Source of the DNA: Verrucomicrobiota bacterium
Lineage (GTDB): Bacteria; Verrucomicrobiota; Verrucomicrobiia; Limisphaerales; UBA1096
Reading direction: 5' to 3'
Assembly (NCBI GenBank): GCA_036166355.1
Contig: JAYZHR010000052.1
Coordinates: 1-54,414 of the forward strand
Length of the DNA: 54,414 bases
In this document: one piece after another, positions 10,504 through 19,815 of the stretch
Layout: every line of letters starts with the position of its first letter
Numbering within the stretch: the first letter of the stretch is position 1
Translations under genes and position numbers: made by a program
Notes under the pieces: model-generated
The model's input: the letters and a program-made list of their open reading frames with translations, nothing else
The model's database searches: none
What the model was told of the DNA's origin: nothing

Positions 10504-10593
10504 TCCTGTACCAATTGAACGCTCTCAAATGCAAATCGTCGAGTTTTGTTTCCCTAAAACTCACCTTTATATACAATCACCTCGTTTTAAGCC

Positions 10594-11136
10594 GTGAAAA
10601 ATATTGTTTATTTTGATCTAGAAACAATGCGCGCTGCTGATGAAGTTGGCGGCTGGAAACACATTGACAAAATGGGGATGAGCATCGGCGTGACTTATAG
10701 CACCGCCAGTGATAAATACTCTATTTTTCAGGAATCAGAAGTTAACGACCTTATCGAAGAACTACAAAAAGCAGACCTGGTGGTTGGGTTTAATCATATT
10801 AGATTCGACTATGAAGTGCTACACGGTTACACCCCTTTAGATTTAAAACAACTGCCCTCGCTTGATCTAATGGTCGATTTACAACAAAAGCTTTCGCATC
10901 GACTTAAACTCGACTCAATTGCCAACGCAACATTTGGAGCTGAAAAAATTGCAGACGGACTTCAAGCTCTCAAATGGTTCAAACAAGGCAAGTTAATGGA
11001 AATTGCCGAATATTGCTGTTATGACGTAAAAATAACTAAAATGGTACATGAATACGGAGCAGAGAACGGATGCGTATTTTATAATAATCGTTTTGGTAAA
11101 ATCTTAAATGTTGAAGTCGATTGGAGCACTAATTAA
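10594..11136 (+). CDS. RNase H-like DEDD 3'-5' exonuclease domain protein (YprB/RNase_H_2-like)
   Basis: YFDLET, VVGFNHIRFDY, LKLDSIA and YCCYDV. GTG start. Confidence 0.85.
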   Translation: MKNIVYFDLETMRAADEVGGWKHIDKMGMSIGVTYSTASDKYSIFQESEVNDLIEELQKADLVVGFNHIRFDYEVLHGYTPLDLKQLPSLDLMVDLQQKLSHRLKLDSIANATFGAEKIADGLQALKWFKQGKLMEIAEYCCYDVKITKMVHEYGAENGCVFYNNRFGKILNVEVDWSTN

Positions 11137-11142
11137 CCACTG

Positions 11143-13338
11143 TTATTGTAACGATTGATATACTTCAAGGACTCGTTTTAAATCCATTCCTTGTGGTTTG
11201 TTCTGCAGCAACCACTCAAGGTCTACCTTGGCTGCATCGAAGTTACGACTTTGAATAAGCAACACTGCTCGAGCCCAACGATCAAATGCAGAATCAGGCT
11301 GTAGCGCCACCATCGGCTCGACATATCTCAACAGATCTACCGGGGCATCTATGTTTTGTGCAACACCGATAAGATTTCGAAGCATGCGCAACACAATTTC
11401 ACGCTTTGTTGAAACAGGAAGTTCATCTACCGAAATACTTCGACCGCTGTTCTCCCTCACCAACGCCTCAGTCTCCTCGATTGTCAACAACTTACCACCG
11501 TCAAATGGATCAATGTACTGATCCTCAGCCTCTCGTAATTGTTTTAAAATGAAATGCCCAGGCGCACCTACACCAACAACATCCAGGATGCCACATTGCC
11601 GTGCTAACTCCATCACCAACACAGACAACGTAATTGGCAACCCTTCACGGTCATCCATCACCCGGTTCATGTAACTATTAGCCTGATTGTAATAATCCTG
11701 ACGACTACCATGAAAACCATTTTCCTCGAATAGGTACGACAACATTTTCTTTAACTTAGCATCTACGCCATCACTTTCCTCAAACTTATCCCGAACTTCA
11801 CCCGCCATGAGCTTTAGCTGCTGTTCATAATAGGCGACATCGATCGATGGATCGTCAATCTTGGCGATCAACAATGATGCCTTGAAAAGATTTACAGCTT
11901 TTTCCTCTTCCTTAAACAACACCACCAGTTGATCTCGAACAAGTCGCCTGTGAAGTTGTTTTGAAGATTGACGCAATAACGTCGCCTTCTGCTCCAATCG
12001 CTTGGCTTCAGCATCCAAGTGTCGCAGAGATTTCACTGGTAATTTCCCAGCACTAGCGATGGTTGAATCCTTAAAGCCGGCAGGCCGAGTCGACTCGGAA
12101 ATTAGCGCTTTTCCAAGTAATGAATCGATCGGCGAAGAGTTATCGTCAACCTGTTTATCAAGCTGAAAATTTCGGAAACTAGCAACTGTGTTGCGGAACT
12201 TAGCCAAACCAACACTCCCACCACTCAACCCACGATCAGCAGATTCAAAAACCAGATGACCATTAACATAACAATAAAAGCGATGTCCTTCGTTGCGAAC
12301 ACGAAGGGTATTCCAATCTCCCGGCAAATAATGTCTCGTTATTCTCTGATCAAGTATCGTCCAGGAAAAGACGTTCGCTCCATCGAAACGAGTGAGACGC
12401 ATCTGCCCTGAGCTAGGATAAAAACCGTAATGTCTATCACCTCCATCAGCCGCCCAAATCAAACCGGCCGCTCCGGACTCATCTTCAAGTTTCACCTCAA
12501 CCATAAATTCAAACGGAGCCTCAGGCACATCTCGTGTAGAAAGACAAAGAGCGCGCCCACCAAAACTCTCCCCAGCATGGCTGACGTGAATTCCCCCTGC
12601 CTTCTTCCTCCAATGCCCACCGAAAACAGTAGTCCATTCCTTCGGATTCAATTGTCCGATAGTCATCCAGCGCTTAATTGGTACAGAATTCGGTTTTTCG
12701 AGCAGTGGCTTAAGAAGATTAGAGGGCACAGCAAATCCGAGGTTATCTGTAACAAGCGACTTCAATGTGACCACCCCATGAACACGACCATGTAAATCGA
12801 GTATCGGACCACCGCTGTTTCCTGGCTCGATCGGCAGTGCCACCTGCAGCATTTCGACATTTTCGACAATGCGTCGCGCTGAAATAACACCCTGCACAAA
12901 ACTAAAATCCAGTCCATGAGGCGTTCCCATTGCCACCACGGGCATGCCTTGGATCAACTTTGAAGAATCACCTAGAGACAGTGGCTTCAACCCGGTTTTG
13001 TCAACACGCAGAATCGCTAAGTCAAGCGTGCGATCCCAAGCATGCACCGATGTCACTTCCAGTTCATCGCCGTTGGCTAAACGAATCTGAATCGGACGCC
13101 CTTCCCCAATAACATGCAAACTTGTAGCAATCAGACCATCAGAGGAAACAACAAACCCAGTACCAACACCCTCTTCATCGTCGTCTCGACCGAACTGAGT
13201 CAGGACAACGATCGAATCCCGGATACCCTTAGCCAAGCGTTTGGCATCTAGCGGCATCTCAGAAGGCAACGTTTGCCCAAAAACACTCGTGATCGAGATT
13301 AACAGGACAAATTCCATCAAAACTCTGAAATTACGCAT
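11143..13338 (-). CDS. Multidomain exported protein: trypsin-like (S1C) serine protease + DUF1080-like beta domain + SirB1/transglutaminase-like + TPR
   Basis: Signal peptide; catalytic triad ATSLHV / DLAILRV / PGNSGGP; central WNTLRV..G..FYCYVNG...GSVGL...FRNFQL; C-terminal NSYMNRVMDDREGLPITLS..GAPGHF..YIDPFDGG..RMLRNL; TPR-like end. Confidence 0.85.
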   Translation of the reverse strand: MRNFRVLMEFVLLISITSVFGQTLPSEMPLDAKRLAKGIRDSIVVLTQFGRDDDEEGVGTGFVVSSDGLIATSLHVIGEGRPIQIRLANGDELEVTSVHAWDRTLDLAILRVDKTGLKPLSLGDSSKLIQGMPVVAMGTPHGLDFSFVQGVISARRIVENVEMLQVALPIEPGNSGGPILDLHGRVHGVVTLKSLVTDNLGFAVPSNLLKPLLEKPNSVPIKRWMTIGQLNPKEWTTVFGGHWRKKAGGIHVSHAGESFGGRALCLSTRDVPEAPFEFMVEVKLEDESGAAGLIWAADGGDRHYGFYPSSGQMRLTRFDGANVFSWTILDQRITRHYLPGDWNTLRVRNEGHRFYCYVNGHLVFESADRGLSGGSVGLAKFRNTVASFRNFQLDKQVDDNSSPIDSLLGKALISESTRPAGFKDSTIASAGKLPVKSLRHLDAEAKRLEQKATLLRQSSKQLHRRLVRDQLVVLFKEEEKAVNLFKASLLIAKIDDPSIDVAYYEQQLKLMAGEVRDKFEESDGVDAKLKKMLSYLFEENGFHGSRQDYYNQANSYMNRVMDDREGLPITLSVLVMELARQCGILDVVGVGAPGHFILKQLREAEDQYIDPFDGGKLLTIEETEALVRENSGRSISVDELPVSTKREIVLRMLRNLIGVAQNIDAPVDLLRYVEPMVALQPDSAFDRWARAVLLIQSRNFDAAKVDLEWLLQNKPQGMDLKRVLEVYQSLQ

Positions 13339-13437
13339 GCCGAAATGTAACCAAGGTCAACGGCCATCGCACGGCTTTTCCTCTCCTCGACAGAAAAGGC
13401 CTATTTAGGTAATACTGGCGCCGTAAAAAATCTAATA

Positions 13438-15147
13438 ATGGTAAAAGCATACATCTTTTTGGTCCGCCGGAGTCTTCCAGTTTTACTTGGATTAGCATTC
13501 ACTTTAACAGCGTTAGCATCCAAGCGCCCAAACATCATTATTGCCATGGCCGACGACATGGGATGGAGCGACATAGGTTGTTACGGAGGAGAAATCAATA
13601 CGCCCAATCTCGATAAATTAGCAGCAAAGGGAGTTAGATTTACTCAGTTTTACAATACTGGCCGATGTTGTCCCACCCGAGCCACGCTACTAACAGGCAC
13701 CTATGCCCACCAAGCGGGAATCGGCCACATGATGAGCAACCGCAACCTCCCCGGCTACAAGGGCGACCTAAACAAAAACGTGCGAACGATCGCCGAAGTG
13801 CTGAAGGTCGCCGGCTACGCCACCTACATGGCAGGCAAATGGCATGTCACCCCACACATCAAGCCTGAAGGACCGAAGTATAACTGGCCCCGCCAACGAG
13901 GGTTCGATCGTTTTTACGGAACCATCCACGGCGCCGGAAGTTTCTTTGACCCAAACTCTTTAACTCGAGAAAACACACAGGTTTCACCTATCACCGACAA
14001 AGGTTATCAACCAAAAAGTGGACCATACTATTACACCGACGCAATCAACGACCACGCGGCCCGTTACATCCGCGAACACAAAAACAAGGATCAACCGTTT
14101 TTTATTTACGTCGCCCACACAGCACCACATTGGCCGATGCACGCCCTGCCAGAAGACATCGCAAAGTACAAAGGCAAATACAATAAAGGATGGGATGCCA
14201 TACGCGATACTCGCTACAAGAGACAACTTAAAATGGGACTGATTGAACCGAATTGGACAATGTCTACACGAGATCGAAAAGCACCCGCTTGGAAAGATGC
14301 GAAGAATAAGGAATGGGAGATTGCCCTAATGGAAGTTTATGCAGCAATGGTCGACAGGATGGATCAAGGAATCGGTAAGATCGTGGGTGCACTCGAAGAA
14401 ACCGGCCAACTGGACAATACTTTGATCCTCTTCCTCGCAGACAACGGTGGTTGCGCCGAAAATATGGGACGCCAAAAGGAATTACGATACAAGGACAACA
14501 ATCCTGACAAGATTATCCCGATGGCTAAAGATGCACTACAAACCGAGATGATCCCGAAAAGAACCCGAGACGGCCGTGTCGTCCGCCAAGGCACCTCTGT
14601 CATGCCAAGTGATGATACCTATCACGGCTACGGTTTAGCCTGGGCGAACGCCAGCAATACTCCGTTTCGCGAGTACAAACATTGGGTGCACGAGGGCGGT
14701 ATTAGTTCCCCACTCATCGCTCACTGGCCAAAAGGCATCAATAAAAAGAGAAACGGAAAACTAGAAAACCAACCCGGCCACCTCATCGACCTCATGGCAA
14801 CCTGTATCGACTTGGCAAAAGCTGAGTATCCAGAAACAGTCAACGATGTGAAGATTGTCCCTCTACAAGGTGTTTCACTTACCCGTGCATTCAACGGCAA
14901 GAAAATCCGCCGTAAAAAACCGATCTACTGGGAACACGAAGGAAACCGCGCAATGCGGGATGGCAAGTGGAAATTGGTGGCCAAAGGCTCAACCGGTCCT
15001 TGGGAGCTTTACGACATTGAGGCCGATCGCACCGAACTAAATAACCTCGCAGAAAAATATCCCAAACGCCTAAAACGCATGGTCAACGACTGGGAGACAT
15101 GGTCCATAGCCGCCTTAGCCAAACCTTGGCCCTGGAAGAACAAGTAA
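13438..15147 (+). CDS. Secreted Cys-type arylsulfatase (family S1)
   Basis: RPNIIIAMADDMG, CCPTRATLLTG (CxPxR), GKWH, DNG, HEGGI and ELYD. N-terminal signal peptide. Confidence 0.95.
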   Translation: MVKAYIFLVRRSLPVLLGLAFTLTALASKRPNIIIAMADDMGWSDIGCYGGEINTPNLDKLAAKGVRFTQFYNTGRCCPTRATLLTGTYAHQAGIGHMMSNRNLPGYKGDLNKNVRTIAEVLKVAGYATYMAGKWHVTPHIKPEGPKYNWPRQRGFDRFYGTIHGAGSFFDPNSLTRENTQVSPITDKGYQPKSGPYYYTDAINDHAARYIREHKNKDQPFFIYVAHTAPHWPMHALPEDIAKYKGKYNKGWDAIRDTRYKRQLKMGLIEPNWTMSTRDRKAPAWKDAKNKEWEIALMEVYAAMVDRMDQGIGKIVGALEETGQLDNTLILFLADNGGCAENMGRQKELRYKDNNPDKIIPMAKDALQTEMIPKRTRDGRVVRQGTSVMPSDDTYHGYGLAWANASNTPFREYKHWVHEGGISSPLIAHWPKGINKKRNGKLENQPGHLIDLMATCIDLAKAEYPETVNDVKIVPLQGVSLTRAFNGKKIRRKKPIYWEHEGNRAMRDGKWKLVAKGSTGPWELYDIEADRTELNNLAEKYPKRLKRMVNDWETWSIAALAKPWPWKNK

Positions 15148-16281
15148 TTAAATCTTTATCCAACGACGTGTTTTGGCAGATTTCTCTACAGACTCCAGTA
15201 CCTGTTGATTTTTTAAACCGTCTTCAAACGTCGGCTGAACAGATTTACCCTCCGCCACGGCGTTGACGAAGTCAGCGATTGTGTGAACAAATGTATGCTC
15301 ATAGCCTATGATGTGACCAGGCGGCCACCATTGTCCCACGTAGGGATGTATCCCCTTCTGCTGAGTAACAATAATGTCAGAAAAACCCTGCCTATCCAAA
15401 GAAACCGTGTTGTCGAAATATTTCAGCCGATTCAAGTCTTCGAGATTAAACTCGAGCGAACCATCAGAGCCGTTAATCTCAATATGAATGCGATTTTTTC
15501 GACCAGTCGCGTAACGAGTCGCTTCAAGATTGGCTAAGGCTCCGTTCTTAAATCGGCCGATACACTGCGCCGCATCATCCACAGTAACACGTCCCATTTT
15601 TTTTGGATTGTCCGGCAATGGGCGTTGCTTGATAAAGGTATGCATCTGTCCACTGACTTCATCAAACTCACCAACCAGGTACCGGGCTAAATCAATGATA
15701 TGCGCATTGATATCACCATGCGCCCCACTACCGGCATATTGCTTTTGCATGCGCCAAAGACGTGGTGCCTTCGGATCAACAAGCCAACTTTGTGCATAGC
15801 GGGCATGATAGTGGCGTATCTTCCCAAGCGCGCCCTCTTCTATCATTCTCTTCGCCTGGGCGATCGCAGGGATGCGGCGGTAATTGTGGCAAATCATGTG
15901 AGTAACCTTGGCCTTTTTAACAGCCTGCAACATCTGCCGACATTGCTTCACATCCATAGCCAACGGTTTTTCGCAAAGTATATGTTTTCCAGCCTTGGCT
16001 GCTGCGATCGCAATCTCTGCATGAGAATCGTTCGGCGTATTGATATCGATGATATCGATCTCCGGATTGGCAACAACTTTTCGCCAGTCGGATACCGCAT
16101 GATCCCATCCGTATTGTTTACGAGCCTTCTCAACAGCAGAAGCGTTTCGGCCGCAAATTGTATGCAGCCGAACGTCATGCTTCATATCAAAAAAACGAGG
16201 TGCCTGGCGCCAGCCATTACTGTGCGCCTTGCCCATGAAAAGATAGCCAATCAGGCCAATGTTCAATGTCTTCTTTGGCAT
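15148..16281 (-). CDS. Gfo/Idh/MocA family oxidoreductase
   Basis: IGLIGYLFMGKAH, TPNDSH, CEKPL and GAHGDINAHIID. Start set to ATG 16281 (MPKKTLNIG). Confidence 0.92.
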   Translation of the reverse strand: MPKKTLNIGLIGYLFMGKAHSNGWRQAPRFFDMKHDVRLHTICGRNASAVEKARKQYGWDHAVSDWRKVVANPEIDIIDINTPNDSHAEIAIAAAKAGKHILCEKPLAMDVKQCRQMLQAVKKAKVTHMICHNYRRIPAIAQAKRMIEEGALGKIRHYHARYAQSWLVDPKAPRLWRMQKQYAGSGAHGDINAHIIDLARYLVGEFDEVSGQMHTFIKQRPLPDNPKKMGRVTVDDAAQCIGRFKNGALANLEATRYATGRKNRIHIEINGSDGSLEFNLEDLNRLKYFDNTVSLDRQGFSDIIVTQQKGIHPYVGQWWPPGHIIGYEHTFVHTIADFVNAVAEGKSVQPTFEDGLKNQQVLESVEKSAKTRRWIKI

Positions 16282-16309
16282 AAAAAAGAAGCTCAAATAG
16301 GATGAGCTT
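16282..16309 (-). terminator. Intrinsic terminator-like hairpin directly before the 16281 start codon
   Basis: Minus strand reads AAGCUCA-UCCUAUU-UGAGCUU-CUUUUUU-AUG. Confidence 0.5.
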
Positions 16310-16334
16310 ATGAAATTAATCTCTCACGCAAACA

Positions 16335-17420
16335 TCAGGAAATAGCAACCGGCTGACCAGTTGAGGCTGACTCGTAAGTGGCGTCAATAATCTTCATCAA
16401 CGCTAATGCTTGATCTGGAGTATTCAACGGCTTTTCAGCCCCCTCCACAGCTAATATGAAATTTTGCGCCGCCCTAATCCTTCCCATGTCTTCATTAGGC
16501 TCTGTAATGATTGATCGATTCACAGAACGACCATTTTCCTGAACATACAATTCACAATCATCAATTGCAGTTTCATCAAGTCCGTCGACATTAAATAGGC
16601 GTCGGATCATCCCACCAGCTTTTTGACCTTGAAACGTAACCGAAACCTCTTCCCTCTTGTTCATTTCCGCCCAAGAAACTTGGTACGAAAGAACTTGTCC
16701 TGTTGTAAAACGAACAAAACCATGAGCAGCACTCTCCACATCAGTGACACCATCAGCCACATCGGGAATACCCCAAGGGCCCTTAAAACTTTTGTTTTCA
16801 ATAAAATCATTAAAAGTTTGAGCAAGCACATGCTGAGGTTCTGGATAACCCATATAAAATAGAGCAAGATCAATCATGTGTAGTAGATCAATAACAGGCC
16901 CGCCCCCTGAAAGTTCCTTGTTAGTGAACCATCCCCCAAAGCCAGGAATTCCGGTCCTCCTAATCCATTTAGCCTGAGCGGAATTAATCACTCCAACATC
17001 ACCTGAATTAATATAATCCATTAGCGCATAAGACTCCGGGCGAGCACGATTATTAAAATCAAACATCAACACCTTGCCTGCCGAATCTGCTGCAGATTTC
17101 ATTTCAGCAACTTCAGTGGCATTAAGTGCTGGCGGCTTTTCGCAAAACACGTGCTTACCAGCCTGAAGTAATTGAACAGCTAAAGGCTTATGAAAACGAT
17201 TTGGCGTAATCACACTAACAGCATCCAAATCAGGTAATTTTTGGAGCATTTCAGCAACATCACTAAATACATTTCCAACACCCAAATCTGCAGCCGCACT
17301 ACCAGCCGCTGCTTCGTTTACATCACATATCGCGACTATATCAGCACCTGCAGCACGAAAACCCGCAGCATGATACTGCAACATTCCACCTGCTCCAATG
17401 ATTCCAACCTTTGTAGACAT
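16335..17420 (-). CDS. Gfo/Idh/MocA family oxidoreductase
   Basis: VGIIGAGG, TPNRFH, CEKPPA and SGGGPVIDLLHMID. Confidence 0.92.
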   Translation of the reverse strand: MSTKVGIIGAGGMLQYHAAGFRAAGADIVAICDVNEAAAGSAAADLGVGNVFSDVAEMLQKLPDLDAVSVITPNRFHKPLAVQLLQAGKHVFCEKPPALNATEVAEMKSAADSAGKVLMFDFNNRARPESYALMDYINSGDVGVINSAQAKWIRRTGIPGFGGWFTNKELSGGGPVIDLLHMIDLALFYMGYPEPQHVLAQTFNDFIENKSFKGPWGIPDVADGVTDVESAAHGFVRFTTGQVLSYQVSWAEMNKREEVSVTFQGQKAGGMIRRLFNVDGLDETAIDDCELYVQENGRSVNRSIITEPNEDMGRIRAAQNFILAVEGAEKPLNTPDQALALMKIIDATYESASTGQPVAIS

Positions 17421-17426
17421 AACTAT

Positions 17427-18587
17427 TTAAATACGCGGGAATTTCACCCATTTTTCTTTAGACTTTGAACTCTTAACTACAGTCTCTATGAAAGCCATCC
17501 CTATTATCCCATCTCTGATATCCGGAAAATCATAATCCTTCATACGAGGATATTTACCAGCAACTTCATCTCTTATAGCTTCAGCGGCAGCATTATAGAC
17601 ATTAGCAAATGCTTCAATAAAACCTTCAGGATGACCGAAAGGAATCCGAGTGTTTGCTGCAGCGGCTCCAGTTACATATGAATTACCTCGACGATAAACT
17701 TGCCGTGGGGCGCGAGCATCTTTAACGGTTAACTCATTAGGATGCTCCTGATACCACTCTAGGGATTTTTTTGTACCATATACTCGAATATTCAGATTAT
17801 TTTCATCTCCATTTGAAACCTGAGACGCATAAATAATTCCCCTAGCTCCGCCCTTAAACTTAACGAGTAAATTACCATCATCATCTAACACCCTACCCGG
17901 AATATTCACGCTTAAATCAGCACAAAGACTATCGATCTCTAAGCCAGTAATATAATGAACTAAATTTTCGGCATGCGTACCTATATCACCCATGCAATTA
18001 GATATTCCCGCAACTTTTGGATCAGCTCGCCAATTAGCTATTGATTTATCCTCACCCGTCAGTGAAGTGATAGCGTAACCTTGGGGATATTCACATACTA
18101 CCTTTATAATCTTGCCCAAATCCCCTTTAGCCACCATATCCTTGGCCAATTTCACCATGGGGTAGCCGGTATAATTATGCGTCAAAGCGAAAACCTTCTT
18201 CGACTTCTTTATTATTTTCCTCAACTCCCTAGCTTCCTGTAAATCATAGGTAACAGGCTTATCGCAAATCACATTAAATCCAGCCTGAAGAAAGGTCTTG
18301 GCAACATCAAAGTGCAGATAGTTTTGAACTACAATGCTGACAAAATCTATTCTCTGATCAGCAGGCAAAGCAGCCTCCGCCTTAGCCATCTCCTGATAAC
18401 TTCCATAAACACGAGATGAATCAAGATGAAAATCCTTGCCGGACTGTTTGGACTTTTTTGCATCAGATGAAAACGCACCAGCTACAAGTTCAATCTGCCC
18501 ATCAAGATTTGCTGCATTGCGATGTACCGATCCAATGAAGGCACCCCTGCCTCCACCGACCATTCCAAAACGAAGTTTTCTTTTCAT
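17427..18587 (-). CDS. Gfo/Idh/MocA family oxidoreductase
   Basis: GMVGGGRGAFIG, CDKP, HNYTGYPMV, GDIGTHA and GHPEGFIEAFANVY. Confidence 0.92.
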   Translation of the reverse strand: MKRKLRFGMVGGGRGAFIGSVHRNAANLDGQIELVAGAFSSDAKKSKQSGKDFHLDSSRVYGSYQEMAKAEAALPADQRIDFVSIVVQNYLHFDVAKTFLQAGFNVICDKPVTYDLQEARELRKIIKKSKKVFALTHNYTGYPMVKLAKDMVAKGDLGKIIKVVCEYPQGYAITSLTGEDKSIANWRADPKVAGISNCMGDIGTHAENLVHYITGLEIDSLCADLSVNIPGRVLDDDGNLLVKFKGGARGIIYASQVSNGDENNLNIRVYGTKKSLEWYQEHPNELTVKDARAPRQVYRRGNSYVTGAAAANTRIPFGHPEGFIEAFANVYNAAAEAIRDEVAGKYPRMKDYDFPDIRDGIIGMAFIETVVKSSKSKEKWVKFPRI

Positions 18588-18649
18588 TGTTTAAAATACT
18601 AAATTCCAGTTATACATTAGGAAAGTTGATTGCCTAAAAAAGAAGTGGG

Positions 18650-18688
18650 TTTATAGTGGGCGTCGGGTAACAAGTCAACGCGTGACTT
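18650..18688 (-). promoter_or_regulatory. Sigma70-like promoter for the oxidoreductase cluster overlapped by a palindrome
   Basis: Minus strand TTGACT (18673-18678)-N17-TATAAA (18650-18655). Palindrome AAGTCA-N5-TGACTT at 18672-18688. Confidence 0.45.
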
Positions 18689-18730
18689 ACCAGCACAAAG
18701 TAGACTTAAGTTTATCAAATACTTACATTT

Positions 18731-19768
18731 ATGAGTTTCAAAGCCAGCGAGATAGCCCAAAAAGTTAATGGGAAAGTTGTTGGTGATGAGTCAATCTCTA
18801 TCAGTGGATTTTCTAAAGCCGATTCGGCGAAAAATGGGGATTTAACTTTTGCTGAAAATGAAACTTTCTTCACTCTTGCCGACAAAAGCGAAGCAAGCGC
18901 TATTCTCGCCCCATTAAATTTTCACTCGAATGATAAAACTGTAATTCAAGTAAAGGATGCCAGAATAGCCTTTGCCCAAGTGTTACCTCTCTTCTTCCAT
19001 GAAAAGCCTTTCTCATCAGGCATACATCCAACAGCTATTGTTGCAGATTCAGCCGAGATTTCTGATACGGCTCATATAGGAGCAAATTGCATTATTGACG
19101 AAAAAGTAAAAATCGGAAACAAATCTGTAATCCAAGCAAATTGTAATATCGGGGAAAACTCCACTATCGGAGAAAACGTTCGTCTATTCCCAAATGTAAG
19201 CGTTTACCCTGATTGCAAGATAGGCAGCAATATCAGAGTGCACTCAGGTACAGCAATTGGATCAGATGGGTTTGGATATGTTTTCGACAAAGACCATCAT
19301 AGAAAAATACTACAAATCGGCGGAGTAGTAATTGAAGACAATGTCGAGATAGGGGCTAATTGCACAATCGATCGCGGCGCACTTGGAGACACCATCATCG
19401 GACGTGGAACCAAGATTGATAATCTTGTTCAGATAGCACACAACGTCGTCATCGGCGAGCACTGTATAATTGTTGCACAAAACGCAATAGGCGGCAGTAG
19501 TAGTATCGGTACATTCTCTGTACTAGCAGGACAGGTTGGAGTGGCCGGCCATTTAAACATTGGACCTAAAAGTGTTGTTGCAGCGAAATCCGGTGTCATC
19601 ACTGACCTTGACGGAAACAATCAGTACATGGGTTTCCCAGCAATTCCCGCACAAGAAGCAAAACGTCAAATAATCGCCACCAAAAACCTACCCAAACTGA
19701 GCAAACGCGTCACAGAGATTGAGAAATTAATTAACGATAAGAACCATCAAAAAAACAACCAAACCTGA
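18731..19768 (+). CDS. lpxD: UDP-3-O-(3-hydroxyacyl)glucosamine N-acyltransferase
   Basis: LpxD N-terminal domain, hexapeptide repeats, [17 protein letters not shown] and [12 protein letters not shown]. Confidence 0.96.
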   Translation: MSFKASEIAQKVNGKVVGDESISISGFSKADSAKNGDLTFAENETFFTLADKSEASAILAPLNFHSNDKTVIQVKDARIAFAQVLPLFFHEKPFSSGIHPTAIVADSAEISDTAHIGANCIIDEKVKIGNKSVIQANCNIGENSTIGENVRLFPNVSVYPDCKIGSNIRVHSGTAIGSDGFGYVFDKDHHRKILQIGGVVIEDNVEIGANCTIDRGALGDTIIGRGTKIDNLVQIAHNVVIGEHCIIVAQNAIGGSSSIGTFSVLAGQVGVAGHLNIGPKSVVAAKSGVITDLDGNNQYMGFPAIPAQEAKRQIIATKNLPKLSKRVTEIEKLINDKNHQKNNQT

Positions 19769-19815
19769 CATTATTGTTCATGATCTAGATCTATCGATAT
19801 TAGCCCTTATTTAAA

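Noticed and set aside
15700-16305. 201-aa plus-strand ORF
   Set aside because: It is an antisense shadow of the Gfo/Idh/MocA gene with no motifs. The same applies to the many short ORFs nested inside well-supported CDSs.
19787-19800. Short palindromes GATCTAGATC / ATCGAT upstream of the symporter
   Set aside because: They are too short and unsupported to call an operator.
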